Below are positions 9,409 through 16,935 of a stretch of DNA of 64,000 nt, piece after piece; position 1 is the stretch's first letter, and every line of letters starts with the position of its first letter. The translations under genes were made by a program, and so were the position numbers. Location: positions 2,178-66,177 of the forward strand of contig JBAYIY010000002.1 in assembly GCA_041665365.1 (NCBI GenBank). The letters run 5' to 3'. The stretch is from Patescibacteria group bacterium (GTDB lineage: Bacteria; Patescibacteriota; Patescibacteriia; UBA9570). The notes below the pieces were generated by a model. That model had not been told where the DNA came from and did not search any database. It saw nothing but the letters and a program-made list of their open reading frames with translations.

Positions 9409-10032
9409 TCAGAAATTAAATGTAATAGTAGATATAATCAATTCAACTTGTTTTTTATCTTCTTGTTTAGTGTTATTTGATAATATTGTAAAGTGTGCAT
9501 CTACTAAAGGATAATTATTAACCCAATACTCACTACTAATATCAGAAAAGAGTTCAGTTCCAGATTTTCCTCCTATTATGACCATTTTTTGTTCTAACCC
9601 CGGAACGCCATGGTCAATGTTTCTTTCGGGAAAAATTGTAAGCAGTATTTCCCCTTCCTTTGCTACCTGAACAACAGATACTTTTTTTCCTGGTAAAATC
9701 TTTGACACCAGATCAGTTTCTTGAACAGTTACATTAATGCCCACTGGATATTTAAAACTAAACCCATATTCATCATTCGTGTATGTTAACCAATCACTTG
9801 TATCCACTTCACTCACCTGTTCTGTATTAGTATTCTCATTGGTTACTACACCATTGATATTGTCATTTGAGTCCGTAACAACTACGTTAGTATTATCGTT
9901 TGTTGTATTTGTGTTTACCGTAACTGCATTGGTATTTATATTTGTTTTTTGAGTAGTTGTACAACTAGAGCCAGCTAAAAGTAGTGTGCAGGCAACTAAA
10001 GTGGTTAGTAAAGATAGTTTAGTTTTAAACAT
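9409..10032 (-). CDS. Lipoprotein, paralog A; Asn/Thr-rich linker followed by a conserved C-terminal domain
   Basis: MFKTKLSLLTTLVACTLLLAGSSC (lipobox-like). It shares ...DTSDW.TYTNDEYGFSFKYP with the 10405..11103 gene. Confidence 0.6.
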   Translation of the reverse strand: MFKTKLSLLTTLVACTLLLAGSSCTTTQKTNINTNAVTVNTNTTNDNTNVVVTDSNDNINGVVTNENTNTEQVSEVDTSDWLTYTNDEYGFSFKYPVGINVTVQETDLVSKILPGKKVSVVQVAKEGEILLTIFPERNIDHGVPGLEQKMVIIGGKSGTELFSDISSEYWVNNYPLVDAHFTILSNNTKQEDKKQVELIISTITFNF

Positions 10033-10099
10033 AAATTTAGAGTTAATAATAGTCTATATACTTGTACTATGGTCATAGAATGTTATTTAGTGCAATGAG

Positions 10100-10198
10100 T
10101 ATTCAGCGACGGCGTTAACTATAAAAAACTCAATTTGAGCCTAACATTAGATAAAATAAATAACAGGCGCATGTGGATAACATTTTTTAGCGACGGCT
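10100..10198 (+). repeat. Two-box repeat element, copy D (box1 10104-10114; TGTGGATAA 10172-10180), abutting a 5' stub of the M23 gene
   Basis: TTCAGCGACGGCGTTAAC...65 nt...ATGTGGATAACATTTTTTAGCGACGGCTC. Confidence 0.7.
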
Positions 10199-10300
10199 CT
10201 AAGATACTAATCATGAGGAGACGGATGTACCGTTCCATTGAGAGACTCCTGGATTGTGAAGGAACGACTCTAGTCAAGAATATTCCTGAGCTAGCTGTAC
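10199..10300 (-). repeat. Truncated duplicate (stub) of the M23-peptidase 5' region (promoter/RBS/first 14 codons), copy 1
   Basis: Near-identical to 9283-9372. It encodes MERYIRLLMISLF and then diverges exactly at the repeat-element boundary. Confidence 0.7.
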
Positions 10301-10404
10301 TCCTTCATATTCGTTAGAAATTGTATGAAGGAGTATGTGCTAAATCAAGAAGTAAAATTTCATTGTTCTAGTAAATTTCTGTGATTTATAAGTCATAAGG
10401 TCGT

Positions 10405-11103
10405 TTAAAATGTTAATGAATCTGCTACTTGTAAGAGGTCATCACTTATAGAAACATCTCCACTGATTGTTAAATTATTTTGTTTATCATTATAATTTGG
10501 TATCAATATATGTAGTGTATTAATTTTACTGCCATCAAAATCTGATATATCCTCAGTAACCTTAAGAGCAGGTTTGGTTCCGATAGTTATTTTCTCGACC
10601 GTCATTGTATTAGTTAGATTTCTATGTAGATCTTGCGCCAACTGATCATTTGTTTTTGTAAAATCAACTTTTGTGTAATCGAACCAACTGTTTGCATCAG
10701 ACGCATTTATAGTTTCTAAGCTATTACTTGATATCACCAAACGAGGGTTGCCAATTATGTCTTGCTTAAAATTATTTTCATCTCTAAAATTAATTGTCAA
10801 AAGAAATGGCACAGTATCACCTATCGAAACTTGCACGCTGCCCCACTCTTTTGGATACTTAAAACTAAACCCATATTCATCATTGGTATAAGTTTGCCAA
10901 TCACTAGTATCAATACCACTAACCTGCTCTACATTAGTATTGTCATTACTAACATTATCATTGGTGTTAGTTACAGCTTCAGTATTCACGTTATCGTTAA
11001 TAGTATTTGTATTTGTTTTTTGAGTAGTTGTACAACTAGAACCGACTAAAAGTAGTGTGCTGGCAGCGAAGGTGATTAGTAAAGCTAGTTTAGTTTGAAT
11101 CAT
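10405..11103 (-). CDS. Lipoprotein, paralog B
   Basis: MIQTKLALLITFAASTLLLVGSSCTTTQKTN..., paralogous to 9409..10032. Start chosen at MIQTKL (11103). The upstream promoter cassette is conserved. Confidence 0.6.
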   Translation of the reverse strand: MIQTKLALLITFAASTLLLVGSSCTTTQKTNTNTINDNVNTEAVTNTNDNVSNDNTNVEQVSGIDTSDWQTYTNDEYGFSFKYPKEWGSVQVSIGDTVPFLLTINFRDENNFKQDIIGNPRLVISSNSLETINASDANSWFDYTKVDFTKTNDQLAQDLHRNLTNTMTVEKITIGTKPALKVTEDISDFDGSKINTLHILIPNYNDKQNNLTISGDVSISDDLLQVADSLTF

Positions 11104-11177
11104 AAATTTAGAATTAAATAAATATAGTCTATATACCTGTACTATGGTCATAGAATGTTAGTTAGTGCAATAAGTAA

Positions 11178-11276
11178 CTAACGACGGCGCTAACACTAAA
11201 AAGCTCAATTTTAGCCTAACATTAGGTAAAATAAAATACAAATGTGTGTGGATAACATTTTTCAGCGACGGCTCAA
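11178..11276 (+). repeat. Two-box repeat element, copy E (TGTGGATAA 11247-11255), abutting M23 5' stub copy 2
   Basis: AACGACGGCGCTAAC...TGTGTGGATAACATTTTTCAGCGACGGCTCA. Confidence 0.7.
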
Positions 11277-11375
11277 AGAGGCTGATCATGAGGAGGCGGA
11301 TGTACCGTTCCATTGGAAGACTCCTGGATTGTGAAGGAACGACTCTAGTCAAGAAGATTCCTGAGCTAGCTGTAC
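11277..11375 (-). repeat. Truncated duplicate (stub) of the M23-peptidase 5' region, copy 2
   Basis: Identical to 9287-9372 over about 90 nt, including the AGGAG RBS and codons 1-14. Confidence 0.7.
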
Positions 11376-11509
11376 TCCTTCATATTCATTATAAATTGTA
11401 TGAAGGAGTATGTGCTAAATCAAGAAGTAAAACCTATTAGACACACAATTTTGTTTTAATGATTATATGATTTAATTAGTTATTGATTTATTATTCTGTC
11501 TAATATTAT

Positions 11510-12265
11510 TTATAATGGTTTAGGAATTCCACGTATGATTTTTCTATTAACAGCAATGGAATGATTTTGAATATAAACAAGTAATTGATCATTAGACATA
11601 TACGTTAACTCGTCAATCTCATTAATATCTGGAATGAAATATAACTCACCATCGCTTTCGACGGCCATAATAACCCGTCCTATTAATCGTTGTTGTAAAT
11701 CCTCATATAGCTCCTCATGACCACTAATAATACTACTACAGGTAGGCCCTTCTCCAAAATCTAGGCATGCTAAAGCCTGAATATCTAAATTAGATGCCGG
11801 TGTAACACGAAAATCACCAACAGCTGCTGCTTCCAAAAAAGCAGAATATATGTTTTTTGAACTCAACTTTTGTTTAAAACCGTCTGCTATCCAGTAATAC
11901 CTGTTTTTTACTTTATAAAACCCATCTGGTAAATATCTATTGATTATCGGTAAACCGTTGGCAGTATTTATCCAATACATTTTACCAGAGTGTTGTGCGC
12001 GTAAAATAACTTTTCCTTCTAAGATATTAAGTATGGGATCACAAAGTCTACCTAGCGGAGTTGTGACAGCATCACTGGGTACATTTTCGTTTGCAGTGTA
12101 ACAATGACTATTCAATAATTCTTTATAAACAGATTCACTAACACCAATAATATTAGGGGTAAGATTCACCACGGTCATAGCGTTTGTTAAAGACGGTAGT
12201 ACCAACGTAAGTACTAATAAACTAACAACTATAGTAGAGATAGTTATGTGTTTAGATCTAGTCAT
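11510..12265 (-). CDS. Secreted hypothetical protein
   Basis: Signal-peptide-like N-terminus MTRSKHITISTIVVSLLVLTLVLPSLTNA. It shares the same upstream promoter cassette as the lipoprotein paralogs. Confidence 0.5.
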   Translation of the reverse strand: MTRSKHITISTIVVSLLVLTLVLPSLTNAMTVVNLTPNIIGVSESVYKELLNSHCYTANENVPSDAVTTPLGRLCDPILNILEGKVILRAQHSGKMYWINTANGLPIINRYLPDGFYKVKNRYYWIADGFKQKLSSKNIYSAFLEAAAVGDFRVTPASNLDIQALACLDFGEGPTCSSIISGHEELYEDLQQRLIGRVIMAVESDGELYFIPDINEIDELTYMSNDQLLVYIQNHSIAVNRKIIRGIPKPL

Positions 12266-12407
12266 AAATTTAGAGTTAATAATAGTCTATATACTTGTAT
12301 ATATGGTCATAGAATGTTAGTTAGCGCAATAAGTATCCGGCGACGGCTCAATTGTCTATCATTACCCCCCACGTTTTAACGTATGCCCGCCTGCCGATAG
12401 GCAGGGG

Positions 12408-12992
12408 TTATTTTTTTGTGGTGTGGTCGTCTACTTCATGTAAGGCTATACCTCGTTCCTGAAAAATTCTATCTCTAATGATGAGACCTAAAATTGGATA
12501 AATCTCAAGCATGTTCATACCAATAGAAAAAGCGTGAGTTTTTATCTCATTTTGTTCGTCAAGCGTGAATATTTTATCAAAATTATTTCCAGCTACATCT
12601 AGTGCTACTGTTTGAATGTCGTAAGGATTCGTGGGAGCCTTACTTTCGACTGCTTGTTTAATATCCGTCCAATGATTGTTTACTTTTACTTCAGCCGATA
12701 TGGCTTGAGCAATTTCTGCTCCTTTGGTGGTTAAACTAATTGGGCTATGGGATTTAATGGTACTTAAGTGTGCTTGATAAAGTAGATCTGAAGTAGCCTG
12801 AATTTTTGCTATATTTGAATTTATTGCATCAATTTTTACATCAAATTTGTCACTCTTTCCCTCAAAATCTTTATATGCCTTCACCCAACCACCACTTTTA
12901 TAAGCTAGCCAAAAAGTTAGTATTAAAATAAGAACAAGCACGAATACGGCACTATTTAACTGTTGAATTAAAGCTAGAAATATTGCTTCCAT
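12408..12992 (-). CDS. Membrane-anchored hypothetical protein
   Basis: N-terminal TM segment AVFVLVLILILTFWLAY. Confidence 0.45.
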   Translation of the reverse strand: MEAIFLALIQQLNSAVFVLVLILILTFWLAYKSGGWVKAYKDFEGKSDKFDVKIDAINSNIAKIQATSDLLYQAHLSTIKSHSPISLTTKGAEIAQAISAEVKVNNHWTDIKQAVESKAPTNPYDIQTVALDVAGNNFDKIFTLDEQNEIKTHAFSIGMNMLEIYPILGLIIRDRIFQERGIALHEVDDHTTKK

Positions 12993-13025
12993 AAATATTA
13001 GTATATCATTTTTGTAACTAAATTG

Positions 13026-13529
13026 CTACCCAGCGAATGGTTCTAAACTCAAAATATTTTTTGCTTCCTGGGGTGAAAACACTTTTTTATCTTTGAGTAA
13101 ATTTACCACCGCCACTGTTTTCTTATCTTCCTTCCGTAAAATGTTGATGATATTACCTTCCATGGTACTAAGTCTAATATCCAAATAAGACTTAGTAACC
13201 ATCTGGGTTTTAAACTCAGCTAAATCAATTTTTGTGGCCATGCTGGACTCAATAGTATCAAAACGTTTATCGATGTCAGCAAAACGCTTATCTATATCCA
13301 TGAATCGTTTATTGATATCAACAAAATGTTTATCAATATTTACAAAATGATCATCAATACCAATAAATCTTTGTTCATTTTGAATGGACATATTGGTTAC
13401 TGCTGTCATGAACTCCTGGAGGGTTGTTTGAATATTATCCACGCTGGTTTGAATATTATCCACGCTGGTTTTAACTCCCTCAAGAGTTACTTTATTTGTA
13501 TGGGGTGTTTTTGTCATAGAATTGTGCAT
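13026..13529 (-). CDS. Hypothetical coiled-coil protein with tandem heptad repeats
   Basis: Protein has GIDDHFV NIDKHFV DINKRFM DIDKRFA DIDKRFD and TSVDNIQ x2. These are encoded by imperfect 21-bp DNA tandem repeats at about 13270-13390. Confidence 0.5.
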   Translation of the reverse strand: MHNSMTKTPHTNKVTLEGVKTSVDNIQTSVDNIQTTLQEFMTAVTNMSIQNEQRFIGIDDHFVNIDKHFVDINKRFMDIDKRFADIDKRFDTIESSMATKIDLAEFKTQMVTKSYLDIRLSTMEGNIINILRKEDKKTVAVVNLLKDKKVFSPQEAKNILSLEPFAG

Positions 13530-13704
13530 GTGATACTAGCATTATTAATAAATATTTTCAATTTAGCGCTTTCGCTGCCCATCGTGATCAAATATAGCTT
13601 GAGGCATGAGTTATATTTGCAGCACGATGGGGCATTGCTTGGGCGTCTTGGTCAACCAATGCACACAGCGAAAGACTGAGATCATTTTAGAGAAATAAAC
13701 TTTA

Positions 13705-13837
13705 TACACAAGGGCTTTTCCGCGACGGCGCAAATACAAAAAATCAGTAAAATCACAAAATTATCCAAATTAATTGTTAATTATATAAAAAAATACCTTG
13801 TGTATAACTTTTTTTAGCGACGGCGCTACACTTGCAT
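13705..13837 (+). repeat. Two-box repeat element, copy F, overlapping the promoter region of the asparaginase-like operon
   Basis: CCGCGACGGCGCAAA ...70 nt... TTGTGTATAACTTTTTTTAGCGACGGCGCTACAC followed by TTGCAT (-35-like) and RBS AAGGA. Confidence 0.6.
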
Positions 13838-13867
13838 TATTTTTGAAAATAGTTAAGGATACATGAC

Positions 13868-14770
13868 ATGCGTGTTTTAGCTATCTACACAGGTGGTCTA
13901 CCCGGCAAAAATATAGTTGAACAATTACAACATTATTTTGAATTACAATTAGTGGCCACGGTGGATATTCATCTGTTTTCCAGTATTACCGGCGGTGATG
14001 TTCCCTATTCATTAAGTAGTGATCTTACCCAATATATTTACGATCATTATAATGACTACGATGGCTTTGTGGTTATTCATAGTATTGATAATGTTATCTA
14101 CAGCGCTAATTTAACCGCCTTCCAATTTAGTAATTTAGGTAAACCGATTGTTTTTACCGGTGCCACTTTATCAGAAGACTTTTTCTCTTTTCCGGGTCAT
14201 TTCTCCAATACTGAGCAATCGATGTATCGCGAAATGAGTTTGCGCACTAGTTTAGTTACCGCCGTCCAGTTAGCCACGCAAAACACCTCCGATGTTTCTA
14301 TTACCTATGGTTCACGCATTGTGAAGGCAGTGCGGGCTTGGGAAAATTTCACCACTTACAATGAATTGGATTTAGCTTCGATCCGGTTTGGTATCGAAGT
14401 AACAACGGCTGCTAGACCACGCAATGATCAACCACCCATTTTACGCTTAGGGTTTGACACTAATGTTTACATGGTGCCACGCCAACCTGAGGTTATCATC
14501 CCAACACCCAATACCTATCGTGCTATTTTGATGTATGCCCATCAAGATCGGGCGCTACCCAGCCAATTTAATATGCCAACTGATACTCCAGTTTTCTTGT
14601 TAGGCGGCTTAGGACATCAGAAGTTACCAAACAATGTGTTTGCCTTACCGCCGGTCACTCCGGTTACTGCCCTGAGTAAACTGATGGTGGGCTGCAAACA
14701 TTTTCCGACCACACCAGAACTAGTGGATTATATGCAGCATAATATTAACGGCGAAGGTGGTATTGTATGA
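13868..14770 (+). CDS. L-asparaginase-fold protein with substituted catalytic threonines (probable pseudo-enzyme)
   Basis: MRVLAIYTGGLPGK...YDGFVVIHSIDNVIYSANL...GKPIVFTGA aligns to asparaginase type I blocks. TGGTIA is replaced by TGGLPG and HGTDTM by HSIDNV. Confidence 0.55.
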   Translation: MRVLAIYTGGLPGKNIVEQLQHYFELQLVATVDIHLFSSITGGDVPYSLSSDLTQYIYDHYNDYDGFVVIHSIDNVIYSANLTAFQFSNLGKPIVFTGATLSEDFFSFPGHFSNTEQSMYREMSLRTSLVTAVQLATQNTSDVSITYGSRIVKAVRAWENFTTYNELDLASIRFGIEVTTAARPRNDQPPILRLGFDTNVYMVPRQPEVIIPTPNTYRAILMYAHQDRALPSQFNMPTDTPVFLLGGLGHQKLPNNVFALPPVTPVTALSKLMVGCKHFPTTPELVDYMQHNINGEGGIV

Positions 14771-15309
14771 ACATTTACCTGGTAAACAACGCCCCCACCA
14801 ATATTGTCAGTTTGTTGCAACACAAAAATGTCAATATTTGGTCACGGACAACGGGTTTACCCAGTGTGATTACTGGCTTCTCCTGGAACGCTCTAGAACG
14901 AGTTGATGCGATTATTTTAGAAATTTCTTACCCATCAGATGAATTGCATTATATTCTGGCTCAAGCGATTGTTTTACAACGTCCCACGTTATGTTTATAT
15001 CCAAAAAATCGCGAGCCCCGTGAAATGTTACTACACTTACAAAAACCTAGTGTACCGAAATCAGTTGTCGCACGTAGTTACACTACCACTACCATCAGTG
15101 AAGTGATCGGTAAATTCCTACATAGTATCGATCATACTGTACAACTGGATCAAACCCCCAATATAAAATTTACTTTACGCTTAACTCCGGCCATTTCACA
15201 TTATCTAACTTGGCTAACTGAATTTAAAAATGTGAACAAAGCTGACTATTTAAGACAATTATTAAAAGATACGGCCGAGAAGGATAATGATTATCAGAAA
15301 TTAATGTAG
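14767..15309 (+). CDS. Hypothetical protein, translationally coupled to the asparaginase-like gene
   Basis: ATGA overlap with the upstream gene; 180 aa. Confidence 0.45.
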   Translation: MNIYLVNNAPTNIVSLLQHKNVNIWSRTTGLPSVITGFSWNALERVDAIILEISYPSDELHYILAQAIVLQRPTLCLYPKNREPREMLLHLQKPSVPKSVVARSYTTTTISEVIGKFLHSIDHTVQLDQTPNIKFTLRLTPAISHYLTWLTEFKNVNKADYLRQLLKDTAEKDNDYQKLM

Positions 15310-15340
15310 AAATTTAATTAATGTCTAGACTTATCCACCA

Positions 15341-15368
15341 TTGACACCATCTGTCAGTGTGCTAATAT
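15341..15368 (+). promoter_or_regulatory. Sigma70-type promoter
   Basis: TTGACA-16 nt-TAATAT. Confidence 0.45.
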
Positions 15369-15476
15369 GCCCGTAGGAAAACTGAGGCGTCCAAAATCTA
15401 GATAACACAAATAAGGAATTAATTTCTCTTGTGCTTATCTCTGGACACCTCAGTTTTCTTATAGGGACGTTTTTCT
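15369..15476 (+). ncRNA. Candidate structured RNA: long, near-perfect hairpin of about 105 nt downstream of the promoter, ending in a T-run
   Basis: GAAAACTGAGGCGTCC pairs with GGACACCTCAGTTTTC (15/16). Inner AGATAACACAA pairs with TTGTGCTTATCT. Apical loop is ATAAGGAATTAATTTCTC; the hairpin is followed by TTTTTC. Confidence 0.3.
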
Positions 15477-15650
15477 GGCACAGCCTCAATTTATTGAAGT
15501 TGTGCTGGAAAACACGCCTCTAGCTACCACTCCGATTATCCCCTTGTGTGGTAGTAATACAATTTATGGTGAAACCGAACACTTAGGCGGCGCTTTTTTC
15601 TAAGTGACTAAGGTAAACTTTTTACCCCAATTCGGATAACACCAGTCTGC

Positions 15651-15693
15651 TATCTCTATGGTAGATGTCATACACTCATTTACCATAGAGATA
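15651..15693 (+). promoter_or_regulatory. Perfect 13-bp inverted repeat (candidate operator) upstream of ssb
   Basis: TATCTCTATGGTA-N17-TACCATAGAGATA, about 80 nt upstream of the ssb start. Confidence 0.35.
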
Positions 15694-15773
15694 ATAGATG
15701 TGCCAGATGTACAAACGCGTTTCATCATCTACAGTAGCTTATCTTAATATTGTCTTAAACTAACATTAGTCTT

Positions 15774-16166
15774 ATGGATTTGAATCGCGTATCATTAATT
15801 GGTAATTTAGCTATGGAACCAGAACACAAAACTTTACCATCTGGTGCCAGTATTACTCGCACTAGTCTGGCTACTAGTTTTGCCTGGAAAGATAGTAAAA
15901 CTAAAGAGTTAAAAGAAAAAACCGATTTCCACACCATCATTGGTTGGAATAAACTAGGTGAACGAATTCACCAGTATCTAAAAAAAGGCGACCGCATTTA
16001 CGTGGAAGGCCGATTGGATCATCATTCTTACGAAGGAAAGGATGGCATCACGAAATATTTTACCAACATTATTGCCGAACAGTTAATTATGTTAGGCAAA
16101 GGTAAACGTGAAGTCACCACCACCGATGAACCAATTGTGACCGAACCGGTGACGGAACCGTTTTAA
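15774..16166 (+). CDS. ssb: Single-stranded DNA-binding protein
   Basis: MDLNRVSLIGNLAMEPE...IGWNKLGERIHQYLKKGDRIYVEGRL; acidic C-terminal ...TEPF tail. Confidence 0.85.
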   Translation: MDLNRVSLIGNLAMEPEHKTLPSGASITRTSLATSFAWKDSKTKELKEKTDFHTIIGWNKLGERIHQYLKKGDRIYVEGRLDHHSYEGKDGITKYFTNIIAEQLIMLGKGKREVTTTDEPIVTEPVTEPF

Positions 16167-16233
16167 TATCACCCAATGTAGGGACATGCCATGGCATGTC
16201 CCTACATTGGGTGATTGTCATACAAATTAATTA

Positions 16234-16935
16234 TCAAATAATGATTTCATCAATCCCCCGTACCGGTTCGCCTAACCATTTACCTCCGGCTTTGGTTACT
16301 TCCACCATATCTTCCAACCGGATCCCACCCCAACCAGGTTCATACACGCCAGGTTCATCAGTGATTACGTCACCTATTTGTAAGAGTCTTCTCCCCCGCC
16401 GACTCGGTGATAAAAACGGCGGTTGATGTATGGCTCGACCCACACCGTGCCCCAAACCATGAATGAATAATTTATCTAAGTGCTGGCTTTGTAAATATTG
16501 GCGCGCAACCTGATCTACTACATTTCCAGTCACACCCGGTTTGATTTTTTTGAAAGCTAACCGTTGGGCTTGTAGCACTGCATAAAAACGCGTGCGAAAT
16601 AAACTGGTGGGTGCACCCATAAAATAAGTTCGCGTCACATCACCCCGCATATGTTGGTATACTCCACCAGCATCAACCTTAACCATATCGCCCAACTGTA
16701 ATCGACGACTGGTTGGTTTATGATGCGGCTCAGCCGCTGAAGACCCAAAGGCCGCAATCACCGGAAAAGCGCGTTGCTCTGAGTAAGCTTCGGTTAATAA
16801 TCGGCCCATGCGCCAGGCTAATTGTTTTTCAGTTATCCCTATTACAATATAACGTGGTAAAAATCGAAACGCCCGATAAGTTATCCGTGCTACTTTCCGG
16901 CAGGCCGGTAGATTATAGCTTGGCCCACTTCCCAT
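16234..16935 (-). CDS. M24 family metallopeptidase, catalytic domain only (Xaa-Pro aminopeptidase-like)
   Basis: GDVTRTYFMG...FIHGLGHGVGRAIHQPPF...GVYEPGWGGIRLED pita-bread fold motifs. Short (233 aa), with no N-terminal creatinase-like domain. Confidence 0.65.
   Translation of the reverse strand: MGSGPSYNLPACRKVARITYRAFRFLPRYIVIGITEKQLAWRMGRLLTEAYSEQRAFPVIAAFGSSAAEPHHKPTSRRLQLGDMVKVDAGGVYQHMRGDVTRTYFMGAPTSLFRTRFYAVLQAQRLAFKKIKPGVTGNVVDQVARQYLQSQHLDKLFIHGLGHGVGRAIHQPPFLSPSRRGRRLLQIGDVITDEPGVYEPGWGGIRLEDMVEVTKAGGKWLGEPVRGIDEIII

Noticed and set aside
10135-11440. Plus-strand small ORFs inside the repeats (MWITFFSDGS..., 10135..10317 and 11246..11440; also 6585..6812 and 9150..9383)
   Set aside because: They begin inside the conserved non-coding repeat and read antisense through the M23 5' stub. 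Their similarity to one another is explained by DNA duplication, and no RBS is present. Treated as spurious.
12366-12415. Plus-strand intrinsic terminator (CCTGCC-gata-GGCAGG + T7) at 12382-12415, and a shared CCCCACGTTTTAACGT motif with 4716-4738
   Set aside because: The hairpin plus T-run is real in sequence, but no plus-strand gene ends there. It may terminate antisense or repeat-derived transcription. It is not listed as a feature because no upstream transcript is defined.
4634-13807. Cluster of DnaA-box nonamers (TGTGGATAA) as a chromosomal replication origin
   Set aside because: The boxes are spread over about 9 kb, one per intergenic gap. Each is embedded in the same longer conserved repeat, and neither dnaA, dnaN nor an AT-rich DUE is present. 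This fits a repeat family that happens to contain the nonamer, not an oriC.
4500-13900. CRISPR array or integron cassette array in the repeat-rich secreted-protein region
   Set aside because: The repeats are not regularly spaced short direct repeats with unique spacers. No cas genes, intI, or attC-type R''/R' cores (RYYYAAC...GTTRRRY) were recognised.
15481-15497. Sigma-54 promoter (TGGCAC-N5-TTGC) at TGGCACAGCCTCAATTT
   Set aside because: The -12 element does not match (CAATT, not TTGCA), and no enhancer-binding-protein gene is nearby.
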